Shown here: positions 25,490-37,800 of the stretch, piece after piece
Layout: the number at the start of each line of letters is the position of its first letter
How positions within the stretch are numbered: the first letter of the stretch is position 1
Origin: Paramecium tetraurelia
Taxonomy: Eukaryota
Length of the DNA stretch: 49,623 nt
Direction: 5' to 3'
NCBI GenBank assembly: GCA_000165425.1
Contig: CT868341.1
Location: 434,001-483,623, forward strand
The notes under the pieces: generated by a model
The model's input: the letters and a program-made list of their open reading frames with translations, nothing else
What the model was told of the DNA's origin: nothing
Database searches by the model: none
Program-made: the position numbers and the translations under genes

Positions 25490-27154
25490 ATGTATTAGAC
25501 TGAAACAAAATCATCTCTATATGCATCGAAGTTAATTTAACAGACAAATTATTCAGCTCTTTCATCATTGCCGAAAACATACATAAGACAAGTGTAAGCA
25601 GAGGGTAAACAAATTTTACTAATTGTTTAGGCGAAATATTTATGGCAGCTCCTTAAAAATGCGCAAACATCTGGAAAGAGTTTAGGAGAAATGATTTTAC
25701 ATAAGTTTAAATACCATATAAAACAGCTCTTTAAGTTTTTGATGCTTGTAAAGAGGATTTTTAAATGATGTTAAAGATCTCTAATGGAAAGGATTTCTTT
25801 GATTTATTCGATTAAGACAATGATGGGTAATGAAATTATATTTTAATTTAGATATTTAAATGAAGATGAATAAATTCTAGTGTTCAGCATTATAAAAGAA
25901 AAAATGCAATTAGTTGCAAATCTATTGCTGCAAATATAATAATATGTTCCTTTCAAATAATTGATGAAAGCCATAAGAACATTAGAATAAAATATCTGTG
26001 AATACTAAGACATCTTAAGATAGAAGATCTACAAATAAGAAGTGGCGACTTATAAGGAAATTGGACTTGAAAAACTGGATGATTTTTATGAGAAGTACTA
26101 TAATTATTTCCAATAATTTGAGAACCAGAAAAAAATAAGAATGTATAGATTACCATGATGTTTATTTAGCTAAATGCAGATTTAGAAATAGCAGGAAGAA
26201 ATGGGACAGTTGGAAGATAAATTATCAAAAAACACTGAATTTTTAAAGGTAAAGCCTAAAAGAAAACTAAAAGATTTATAAACATAGGAAAAATTAGTAT
26301 CCTTGGATGAAAGAGTAGAAGAAGCCATGGACTTTCGTCGAGAACTAAAAAACATGGAAAAAGCAGAATAAGAAAGAGTGGCTTCAGAGTAGGAAAATCG
26401 TATTGAAAGTCAAAAGGACGAATTATAACGCAAGCATCAAAAATAAATGGAGCAATTAAAAGCTAAATTAATAGAGTAAGAACACAAATTAATCATTTAA
26501 CTTAAAAAGGAATATAATGTCCTATTAAAGTAAATTGGTTTACACAGCAATGAGATCGAGAGAATATAATCCTCAGCTACTCAGCATGCAATTCGAAAAG
26601 GAGAAAAAGAAGGAGAACTTAAAAGAATGAAGGAGAGAGCAAGAATATAAAATTACATTATAGGAGATACTAAAAGAACTATGACTCCTAAGATCTAATA
26701 ATTAAACTCATCAACTTATGAAGATACAGTCAGTTCATCTCCAAGATCTCCAGCTGTTCATAATAAATACGATAGAGCAGCACATGACATCAAAGTTTTA
26801 ATCCATAAGTAAAATTACACTTCCTTTTACATTAAGAAAAAATATGGGGCCGTATTACATTTTAAATGATATCTTCTTAGGACCTACCAGTAAATTACAA
26901 ACCTGAACCATATAAATTATAAGGAGACAATCATGATCGAATTGAAAAGATACTATCTGTAAAAAAGAAGAACCCCCATGATGTACTACCCTCCTTAACA
27001 TAATAGTACGATGAAAATCTTAAAGAATTAGTAATCAGAAAATTAATATTTTTAGGATAAAGGGAGTACTTAAAAATCAGAGTAGGAGCTAATATAGGAA
27101 AGATTAAAAAAGAAATAGTTTATATTAGAAAAACTGGAAGAATCCACTCATTGA
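25490..27154 (+). CDS. EF-hand plus coiled-coil protein
   Basis: Single EF loop FDLFDQDNDGYLNEDEQ followed by a long charged coiled coil; several tiny introns; TGA 27152-27154. Confidence 0.8.
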
Positions 27155-27620
27155 ATATATAATTCATTTAATTATCGAAAAGTATTCTCATTTTATTAAA
27201 CATAATTTTGATCCCATCAGAATCTTATTTCTCCTTTACAAACTAATTAATTTAACTAAGTTTGATTATGATTATATAGATTATCAGTAAAACCACACAA
27301 ATGTTGCCCTTATTCCCCTTAAGATTATGTATTTTTGTTTTAAAAAACATTAAAAAAGAATTTTTAACATTGATTTCAAATACTGGGTATTGGCCTATGC
27401 ATAGATAAAATATTCTTTCGAAGCTAGAATTTAGGATATAATATAAGCAATTAAGTAATTAATTCACTTTTCTACTTTATTAAATTCTGCAAAAAATAAA
27501 GGTAAGTTTTTCATCATTATAGATTGCTTCTTTCTTAATTCTATAGGGTAAGGAATAATTAGAAGATATGTTTATCAAATAGTAGTTTAATTTGTTATTA
27601 TATTTAAAATTATTTCAATT

Positions 27621-29316
27621 TCATTCCAGTAGCTTTTATTTGATATTTTTCATATTTTCATATGCTTTTTGAAGATAAGGATCACTTTTATCAAGTTTCT
27701 TTTCGAATATTCTTATTGCTTCTTGAACTTTCTCTAATGCCTTCTAATATTATTTTAATTCAGATAGAACTGTTCCTATGTTGTTGATTGTCTAAGCCAC
27801 AATTTAAGAATCTTATCCATAGACTTGTTTCTAACCATCCAAAACTACCTCAAATATCTTCAAAGATTCTTCAAATCTGTTCTGTTAAAATAACGCTGAA
27901 GCCAATTAAATAGCTGTGTGTTAAGTTGATTTATGAAATATTTTCAACTCCTACGCTTTGTATTTATAGGCATCTCTAAAATACTGAATACACAATTCTG
28001 AATTATGCAATTCCCTATAACATTCTGCAATACTATGCATAGTATTACTCTTTTGCAAAGCGGCATCTCCAGCATTAGGATCGCTAAACACTCCTGGTTC
28101 ATTATACATTTACAACGCTTATTTGAAATAATCAATAGCCTCTTCAAAAGATTGTTTATTTTGTAAAGTCATTCCAATGTTATTTATAGTACTTGCTAAA
28201 CTCTTTGAAGGTTGCACTTGTAATTCAGCCTTCTTTATCCTCAAGGCTTTATTGAACATCTCCAAAGCCTTATCATATTGTTTATCGCTTCTATACGCTT
28301 CACCTAAATTGTTTAACCTATTCCCAACACTAATGTGGCCCTTTCCATAAATACTCTCATAGACTTCAATTGTTTTTTAAAAGTTTTAAATGGCTCTTTT
28401 TACTTCCCCTTTTTAATAGTATATCATCCCTACATTGTTTAGTAGGTGTCCTAATAATTATTTCGATTGTTGTTCCAATTTTTCTTATTCATTTTGTTAT
28501 TCCAAAATGCTTATCGCTGAATCCCAATATTAGGTAGCTTTATTATTTTGCTTTTTGTCATAATAAATTTATCCAACAGTATTATACATGTAAATTAACT
28601 CATTTTGGAATTATTGTTGCTATGATTGACTTTAAATGTATTTGATAGACTTCTCCCACACATTTAGAGCATCGTCATATTATTTTAAGGAATGATAGGC
28701 ATTTCCTAATTGAATCTAGATTTCATTAAAATTTTACGTTTAGCTATATAGTTGTGTCTTTTTCTTCATAATAATTATTTAATTCTTGGGCTTTCTAAAA
28801 TAAAGCCAAAGCCTCTTTGTAATTTTATTGATTTGCTTCTTATTAACCATTTCCCATGAGTTACTTAATTTTTTCTTTTAGAAATTAGGAAAATTAAGTT
28901 GTAAATTGCTTTCTTATTTTCTCCTCTACTTTGCACAGTAATTCAATGGCTTTATCTTAAGCCTCAGGTTATTTGGCATTGGCAAGTTCAATCTATTGCT
29001 AATTACAATTTTTTACATATATCTAAATCAAAATAGTTTGATTCTTCACCCCTTTCTAGTTATAGATTTTTAGTAATTCTTAAACTTCACTCAAACGAGT
29101 TTAGGGATCCTAACTTAATTGTTTAATTCTTTATTAAATCATTGTCACTATATCTACAGTTACTTATGGTATTAATTCTTGTCTTTAACATTTCTTAACT
29201 AACAGCGTAACAGTCTATTTAGCTTTCAATTAAGCCTTGATCCACTCAACGCATAATTGAATTTCATCATCAGTCGATGAATAAGTTAATTAAAAGACAT
29301 CAATTTATGATGGCAT
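27621..29316 (-). CDS. Tetratricopeptide-repeat protein (kinesin-light-chain/NPHP3-type TPRs)
   Basis: Repeats LLNNVGMIYYQKG..AIQNFQKTI, HISVGNRLNNLGEAY..YDKALEMFNKAL, LASTINNIG; short introns; TGA 27621-27623. Confidence 0.88.
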
Positions 29317-29687
29317 TTAATTTTTTGTTATATATTTATAGAATTATTATAATTTATTCATCTTTAAATTTTATAGAAGTGCTTATGTTGTACTTTCTTT
29401 GTATTCATCACAATTAATAATGAACTTCCTCTAAATCTAATATTAGATGTTAGATAATTAAATTTTTCATTATTTTTACTATAAATATATTCATCGAAGA
29501 CTTACGTTTCTACAAACTAATAATTTAGAAATTTAATGCGTTTCATCGAAATGCCCTGAAGTTTAATAATACAGTTCATATTTTAACTTCATAATGGATG
29601 AATAAATTATGAAAATCAAATTCATTTACTATTACTTTATCACTAATCACATATTTTCTTTTAAAATAGTTTTTATTATAATAAATA

Positions 29688-30251
29688 ATGAAAATTTTGC
29701 TTATCTTGATATTAATAGATATATTTGAGCTGACATCCCTACCAGCTTGGGATGCTAATGCAAAATTTAGCTAAAACGACTTACACATTTTAGAGGAAAG
29801 ATCAATAATAAGAGGGTACTACAAAGATGTAGCATCATAATCTAATGGAGCCATTATATCATCAGCTAGAGCAAATATTTTTGCCAGACCTAGTATTGAT
29901 AATAGTCCTCTTAGAAATTCAATTTATTTTACCGACGCTGTTGCACCTGGACATGTTTACTTTGCATTACATTAATCATTAATTGTAGAATTTTTACAAG
30001 CATATGAAATTAACAAAATTAGATATTGGATGGTGGATGTTGACGCCAGAGTGACAACTATGCAAATTTATATCGTGGGTTCAGACAGGTAAACTGAAAC
30101 TCTGATACTTGACGATTTTGTATAACCAGGAGTACATACTCTAAAATTTCCTGATTAATTAGTATCAAAAATAAGATTCTACAATAAAGGTGGTAATACT
30201 ATAAATAGTTTCATGGCATTAATTAAAATCTAAGCCTATTATGCATTTTGA
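29688..30251 (+). CDS. Putative secreted 187-aa protein, galactose-binding/discoidin-like fold (copy 1)
   Basis: Intronless, with a hydrophobic N-terminus MKILLILILIDIF. The motifs VEFLQAYEINKIRYWMVDVD..FPDQLVSKIRFYNKGGNT resemble the BTBD9-type F5/8-like domain. Paralog at 36941-37507. Confidence 0.8.
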
Positions 30252-30306
30252 TGATAAATATTTTCATTAAATAAATAAACTCAATATTTTTTTTTAATCT
30301 CTTTTC

Positions 30307-30741
30307 TCATTTTTAAATAAACTATATTTTTTCAACAAAAATAAATAAGAATTATAAGTAAATTTTCTATTTATCATAATATTAATTGATTGAAATCTAC
30401 ATTTAAGATTTCTAAGTGTTAAATGTAAAATCTTTAGATAATCCTAAATTTTGTAACTTATAGCATTTGCCTTCACCATGAAATGTGGAAGGACATACAA
30501 ATTATTCCATAGGAAATAATTTTTGTTGATATTCGGGTGGGTTTTTGGGTTTTTTAATACGGAATTTCAAAACAGGCTCTATCAATTCAAATGAATTTAT
30601 CATCTCTTTTTGATGATAAGGAAGACTTAAATCTAAGAATTACTTTTACTGCTTCTTGTTAATATTCTGATAATATAAAATTCATATCTGAGATTATAAA
30701 ATATGATATGATCCTTTATTTTCATTATTTAGATCAAACAT
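30307..30741 (-). pseudogene. Possible pseudogene (one in-frame TGA) or shorter hypothetical gene
   Basis: ATG 30741 to TGA 30307 is one frame with a single internal TGA at 30682-30684. The downstream part is protein-like (LSLPYHQKEMINSFELIEPVLKFRIKKPKNPPEYQQKLFPMEQFVCPSTFHGEGKCY). Confidence 0.35.
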
Positions 30742-30790
30742 TTTTATAGAATACATAAAAATTTGATTATGAATGTCTAATAATAATATA

Positions 30791-31916
30791 TCATGGTCCG
30801 ATCATATTTAAGATTCTATCAACTGCAGCTTCTACATTTCCCCCAGTGGCAATCAAAGCTTCTAAATTCACTTATTTGTTAGTAAATCCCAATTCTTGTA
30901 ATTATTATAATTAAGCTGCATATTTCTACTCTGCAGCTTCAGGTGTTAATTAGGCACCGCCAACTCCTCCGACGCCTCCTATTTAATTTAGTTAATAAAG
31001 GTACCTCCCATCATGTTCATTAGACTTTGTAAATCTATACCTCCTAAGGGATTTTAAGCATTTTAACCAGTTGTTCCTTAGACAGGAGGTGGTACTTATG
31101 CATTATTAGGGTTTGGAGGAATAGGATTCTCTCCAACTCCGCCAAAGCCTCCCATACCGCCAAAACCTCCCATTCCACCAAAGCCTCCCATTCCGCCCAT
31201 TCCTGATAGAGCCATTTAAATTGCTTGAGGATTCATCATCATCTACAAAAGCTAAGGATTATCAAATATTTATTAAAGTTGTGGGTTAGCCTACATCATT
31301 TAGGCAATCATTGGGTGTTGCATCATTTGCTATCTAAATTGTGGATTTTACATCATCTAAAATTTTGAAAAGAATTTAAATACTTATGTCATTTATTACT
31401 AGTACATTGGATTGGATAAGACCTAGGCCATCATCTATGGATCCATTCCTAATCCACCCATTGCTCCGAGTCCACCCATTCCTCCGAGTCCGCCCATTCC
31501 ACCAAGGCCTCCCATTCCGCCGAGGCCTCCCATGCCTCCCATTCCAGGAGCACCTCCTAGTCCTCCCAAACCTGGAAATCCACCTTATTATCCTCCTAAA
31601 GGTTATTAGGGTTATTGTTATTATGGACCTGGGGGTTATTATTAAGGTGGTTATTAAGCTTATTCTATTTATTATTGGATTGTATACATTTTGTAACAAC
31701 TAGATGCATTGTTGAATCAGTCTTTACATTCACATTTTAGAGAACATCATTGTCTTTAAGAATTTTACCTTAAAATATAATCTTCATTTAAGAGATTTCT
31801 GCGGTAAACTTTGGAGCAAGTTTTTCCTTTAATTCCTTCACTGTGGCATTTGGGTCGATTTCAATAACTTCTATCTGATCTGTTCCGTGTTTGATTTTGA
31901 TTGAAATTGTTGTCAT
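30791..31916 (-). CDS. DSK2: Ubiquilin / Dsk2-like UBL-STI1-UBA proteasome shuttle
   Basis: N-terminal UBL (ATVKELKEKL..KIIFQGKILKDND..STMHLV), Gly/Met-rich linkers, STI1-like NPQ/M motifs and a C-terminal UBA (ELGFTNKQVNLEALIATGGNVEAAVDRIL). Confidence 0.92.
31440..31585 (-). repeat. GC-rich imperfect 9-nt coding repeats (GGL/GGM) inside Dsk2; a second block lies at about 31130-31205
   Basis: Recurring cccatt/cctcc units encode GGLGGMGGLGGMG. Confidence 0.8.
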
Positions 31917-31974
31917 GAAATTTAATTTATGATTTAAATCTAGAACAATTCATACTCTTCTATAATTTATTTTT

Positions 31975-32855
31975 ATGAATAGGTAAAGACATTCACATTA
32001 AGATTGCTAAATTTGCCATAAGCAAATCAAATCAAATAGAATGGTATTCAAGAATTCTATGTAAGGCTTCACATAGAACATAATGTTTGATAAGTTAACG
32101 ATAAAGAAGAACATAACAATAATAACAATAATAATAATAATAAAGAGATTAGCAATAAAGATAGTCTTAATAAAGAATTAATAATTCTTTTAATTATAAT
32201 ATTTAATATAGCCAGGATAGTTCTGATAGCGAATTGGAAGGAATTCCACAATTTCCAAACTTTGATTGTAATACAATTTAAATAGTTTAATATAGAAATT
32301 TTTGGACCTAGTTCTTATTTTCAACGATCTATGGAGAATATGAGACATTAAATGAATGAGGCTTTCAATATCAAGTAAACTTCTATGCGTTATCTAGTCT
32401 CAATTTTGGTTCTGATTTATTTCAATTAAATTTATAAACTAATGGGAATTAAAGATAGCATATATAAATAAGAACCTTAGGACCAGAAATCCAAGTATAA
32501 TAATTTTTTAATATGCCTACCTTTCAATTCATTTATGATGATGATGATAATTCTGATTAAGAATATTAATCTTATCCAAGTTAAGAACAAGAAGTCCAGT
32601 AAATAAGACAAGCATAACCGATGAGTTTAAGTGAAATTAAAGGGATACCAACATAAAAGTATATTCCTAATAAGAAAAATAAAAATTGTGTTATTTGCAT
32701 GATAGATTTTAAGAAATCTAATAATGTTAAGTAAATAGTTCTATTAACAAATTTGTAGAATATTGCATTGTTTGCATCAGTTTCATGCAAAATGCATAAA
32801 TTAATGGCTGAAATAGAAAGGGGAATGCCCTGTATGCAGACACTAATTAAAATGA
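31975..32855 (+). CDS. RING-H2 E3 ubiquitin ligase candidate with N-terminal C2HC zinc finger and polyQ
   Basis: CQICHKQI..SHRTQC at the N-terminus; a TAA/CAA run at 32114-32143 encodes Q10; C-terminal CVICMIDF..LHCLHQFHAKCINQWLKQKGECPVCR; TGA 32853-32855. Confidence 0.9.
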
Positions 32856-32881
32856 ATCATCGCACTAAATATTATATTAAA

Positions 32882-35171
32882 TCAATAAATGAAGTTTATT
32901 AATTTTTCATAAATGTAAACAAAGTTTTCGAACATATTATCTTTTGTTTCATTATCATCCTGATGAAGATTGATTTTAGCAAAAGCAAACTCCGGGTTCA
33001 AACAATTCAATAAGTAGCTAAAATAAATAAGAATTCTACTTTGTTGTATCACTTCCAAATAATGCTCCTACTGGACCTAATGAGTTTATTCTAGTTTCAA
33101 TCACAAACAAGATAGCTAGAAATGCATCTGAGTATGTTAAGGGAAGTGTACTCATTTATGTTATCATATATTGATATAACCCATCGTTGTCATCAATTTG
33201 ACTATAAGCAAAATACCTCATCATAGAGATAGCAGAACTAATCTTAAGTAAGCTATCTAGCGTGTGTTATGTGCAATAATAATTTTACCTTAATTTCAGA
33301 TAGAACTTCTTTAGCAATTCTAGAGAACTACTATCTATAGTTAACAATTTATTAATCCAAGTCTCAAGATCTGAATTATAAATTTTGTCTGCTGTTCTCT
33401 TTTATAATAAATAACATGAAGAGGGAGCATGAATGGACCTATCTGCTGTTGGTTACTTTTTTATTGTTGTTTGAAATGGATTTGAAGTATCTGTTTGAGA
33501 ACTCTTAAATAAATATTCACAATAATCTGCAATCAAATTAAATCTAACTTGCTTATAATTTAAATTAGAATAAGCTAAATCTAATACAATATCAAATGAG
33601 TCAGTTGCATGTGGGAATTTCTCATTTAAATAAGTGAAATCTGATTTTTTAACTTTTAAATCTTAAATATCAAATAAACACCATATTGAACAGTTGATTT
33701 CTATCTTTTTATCTTTCATAATAATAATTGGACTTCCCTTGAGTATTTGCTTTATCTTTTCTTATACTCCTTTGGTTGGCATTCTTTTCAAAATTAAAAT
33801 TCCGTTCTTAGCCACACTCATTATTAAGTAATCAAAGGTTTCCTCATCACAATCAGGTAAAACCAAACAGTTTTCTAAGTTTTGAATCATGTTTTATATC
33901 AAATCAATTATTATTTCATAGTCTTCATATATTATTGCTATGTGTAGATGTCTCTGAATTTGTTCTTCTTCCAATCTCTAAATCAATAAATTTGACTTCT
34001 AACATAGATTTGGAGAGAGATAATACTGTAAACTTGAACTATTCTCCAAAAATATACTACAAAGTAAGGACAATTTTAACATTATTAATGAATTGGATAG
34101 TGTATGCTATTTTAACTATTAGTAATCAAAAGATATTATGATATAATAGATTGTATTGAGTATTTCATAAATATAATTCTTATTATCTTTACCATAATTG
34201 TAATGTCTTTTACTTTTATCCAAGAATAGTTTAATATCTTCATTATAATTTTCATCAGTATCAATTTGTTAAGATTGTTTAAATTTATAGTTTAATTTCA
34301 ATTTTTAGAAGTACTTCTTATTTTGTACTGCTGTGTATTAATCAATGGTCACTGCATAGCAATACTCATTAGCCAAAATAAATGTATTATTTTGTCTATA
34401 CTGATCGGATAAGTTAAAGGTATAGTATGCTAACGAATATATCTAATTTCCAACATTAAACTTATTCACATTATTGCCTTCAACGTAAATATCAAGCAAT
34501 TAAAATGAATGTTTATATTTGTTGTTTAGATTTTATCTCAAATTATTATATTTTCTATTTAAAGGTTATAAATCCGAAACATATAATTATAGCTTTTGAC
34601 ATAGTTTGTATTTCTTCTCAATTTCATGTCTAACTCCATTGCATTCTTCACAAACATTTTCCTTATTTGTTTAATTTTACAACCTTTGGATTAAATGAGT
34701 ACCTTTAATTGAAATTTTATCACTGCATTTGCACTAAAATTCTTGTAAAAATAAGTAATTTTTTGGTTTATCAACTCCTACTATTATGCAATTCTTCAAG
34801 TGCACCAGTGATCCACAATGTTTCTACATCAATAATAACTTATATTAAGGATCATGTATTGCTGTCTCAAAAGTTGGAACTGAAATAAATTTGGTCTCAC
34901 ATATGAATTCATCATATCCAATATCCATCTGTTTCACTATTGAATAAATTATTTAATGGATTGATATAAGGAAGTGAGGATAGAAATTTATGATCCATGA
35001 TCCTAACAAAGGTCGAGTATCAATGATTAATGATAAATCCATTGTGAGTGTAACTTAGTATATAGACTAATGTTTAGGACCTTTGAATTGCTCCAATACG
35101 GTGTGAACGTAATTGTTTATAATAAATTGCCTTAGTTCTTCCTTAAACTCTTCATTTACATTTTTACTCAT
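32882..35171 (-). CDS. MCM-domain protein lacking Walker motifs, MCMDC2/Mcmd1-like
   Basis: MCM N-domain with zinc knuckle (FQCKC..VCEEC) and OB-fold motif LLDIYVEGNNVNKFNVGN. AAA-like core LKLSLLCS, LHIAIIYED (replaces Walker A), SVAKNGILIL, IEINCSIWCLFD, SFDIVLD. Two introns near the 3' end. Confidence 0.75.
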
Positions 35172-36565
35172 TTAAACTTAAAATTTAGTTATAGATAATT
35201 AATATTAAATTATTCTTTATAAAATATATTTTGGAATTTGTGATTTTGGTCAACACTCATGTTATTGCTGAAATCTTCATGTAAAGTCATCATTTTAGTG
35301 AGCATTTAATGCCTTAATGATTAATTGACTTTATCATATAGTTCAATTTAATCTTATGATTAATTGATCTTATATAGATTTAGTCTTAAAATTACTATAG
35401 GAAGATTTAAATTCTAAAATAATTTTGTAAATCTAATCAAAGTGAATCTCTATATTGTTAGATTGGCAAAACCTCCACTTATACTCTCAAATTTACATTC
35501 ATCATTTATATAATAACACATGATTTTATTAGAAATATTATGAATATAAATATTTAATCATATTTGTTTCTTCCCTATTGTAATTACTATATATATTCCA
35601 ATTATAAACCTATCAGATGACATTCTCGTTTAATTCTAATACTATAGTGTGATTACCAATAATCATTTTTTCTTTTGAAATTATAATTAGAAGCTATTAA
35701 TTTTAAATTTGAAAAATGCTTATCTAACGATTAAATAAGTTCTTAGAATTGATCTCATATTTTGGTGAAGTTGGTTGTATAAGAAATTTTTTTTATCATA
35801 TATTTTGAAATTATTAATTTTCATTAAATTTTCTTTTAATTTAGCTGATTTATATATTCATATTTGGCTTAATTATTTGTTAATAGTTTACATATCATCA
35901 AAATGAAATTAAATAGATTTTGATATTTTTCGAAAAATTTTATTGGTAAGGAATAGGTTTATTCCTAATTACTTGAATTCTATCATTTTGAATAACTTAT
36001 TAATCTACTCGAATTGTATTATGTAGGCATGTTAATTTCCTAAATAGAATTTATAATATATTTTTATCATTTATTTGAGTAATTTATTTTAAAAATTATT
36101 ATTATTATTATTCCTGTTAAGGAACTAGACACGTAAATTATAATCAAAAATCACTATTTCATATCTATTTTCTTTACTTCAATTTTGGTTAAATCCAATA
36201 GTTTATTCCTTATCTCCTTTCTTGCCTTTTTACTTCTAATTTTTCCACTTAAATAATCAAACAAAAAGTCTTCACTTATTTATAAATGTTCATCTAGTAC
36301 ATGTTAATAGTGTGCTCTTTTTTAATGAGTAGCACAAAAATTACCCCCATTACATAAGAGCATTCTTATTTCCGTGGTCAATCTGTGGTTTTTCCTCAAG
36401 TGAATTAAGAAATCAATAACTTTATTTGATGTTGAAGGTGGAAGGCCTATCATCTTTTTCAGTAGCATTCTTCTTAGCTTTTATAAGGATTATTATTGAG
36501 TCTTATAAATACAGTATTATCCTGCTTTATCAGCATATATAAGAACAGAATTTATATAAACTTTC

Positions 36566-36715
36566 NNNNNNNNNNNNNNNNNNNNNNNNNNNNNNNNNNN
36601 NNNNNNNNNNNNNNNNNNNNNNNNNNNNNNNNNNNNNNNNNNNNNNNNNNNNNNNNNNNNNNNNNNNNNNNNNNNNNNNNNNNNNNNNNNNNNNNNNNNN
36701 NNNNNNNNNNNNNNN
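36566..36715. other. Assembly gap (150 N)
   Basis: Run of N characters. Confidence 1.
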
Positions 36716-36940
36716 TAGAGCTTGATTTATCTAATAATTTGAATTTTAATATCTTATTTTTGAACCAAAATATTTTATAATTTCATTAACTGCATCATTT
36801 TATGTTTGATATAGAAATTGCGTAGCTATAAAATAAAAATGCTCATAATATTTTTTCAAAAAGAAAATTTGCTTGATTGAAAAAATTTATAACAGAGTTT
36901 AAAAATATTAGGTTTAATGATTTAATGAAATTCTTTATCA

Positions 36941-37507
36941 TCAAAATGCATAATAGGCTTAAATTTTTATCATTGACATGTAAATATCTATGATATTACC
37001 ACCATTATTGTAGAATTTTACTTTTGATACTAATTAATCAGGAAATTTTAGACTTCTTACGCCTGGTTAAACATCGCCTTCATATATCAGAGATTCAATC
37101 TATTTGTTTACTCCAATTAGAAAAATTTGCATCTTTGCTACTCTTCTTATGTCGTGATCCAACATCCAAAATCTAATTGTATTAATTTCATAGGCTTATA
37201 AAAATTCAACAATTATTGATTACTGTAACCCAATAAATGTATGCGCAGTTGCATCGGTGTCAGAAAAATAAAGTGAATTTCTAAGAGGACTATTATCTAT
37301 ATTAGGTCTGTAAAAACTATTGCTTCTAGCCGATGATAAAAGTGCTCCATTAGATTCTGATGCTACATCTTTGTAATGCCCTCTTAATATTGATTTTTCT
37401 CTTAAAATGTATAAATCATTTTAGCTAAATTTTGCATTAGCATCCCAAGCTGGTGATGATATTAAGCCAAATATATCTAATAATGCGAAAAGAAGCAATA
37501 TTTTCAT
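36941..37507 (-). CDS. Putative secreted 188-aa protein, galactose-binding/discoidin-like fold (copy 2)
   Basis: MKILLLFALLDIFGLISSPAWDANAKFSQNDL..KIQAYYAF*. Colinear paralog of 29688-30251 with one extra codon. Confidence 0.8.
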
Positions 37508-37554
37508 TATTTAATATAATAAAAAATTTTTGAAATATCTTATGCCATAGGTTT

Positions 37555-37800
37555 CAAATTAGGTTTGAGCTAAATATTTGGCAATTGTAAATTTTTATGA
37601 TTAAAAAGATGATAAGTATGTGACGAAAGGTCTGATATATGGATTGTGATCATGTTCACTACTCTTGACAAAGATTCCTTGAGCAGGAATTATTTGGAAT
37701 ATTAAAAATCTTGACTTCCATTTAGACTTTAATATGTATTTTGAATGACCCAATGTTTTAAGGTTTAAGAAATTGTCTGGAAAATTATAGACGATATGTA
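37555..37800 (+). pseudogene. Possible decayed protein-kinase fragment
   Basis: Broken remnants GLSQIFG and CDERSDIW-IVIMFTLLTKIP* resemble kinase subdomains VII and IX; in-frame TGAs. Confidence 0.25.

Noticed and set aside
30535..30556. GGGTGGGTTTTTGGGTTTTTT resembling telomeric repeats
   Set aside because: Not a true (T2G4/T3G3)n tract; it is the reverse complement of KKPKNPP codons.
35230..35295. Minus-strand ATGATGA as box C of a snoRNA
   Set aside because: No downstream CTGA box D or terminal stem at a suitable distance.
36496..36780. ORF spanning the N run
   Set aside because: Artefact of the assembly gap.
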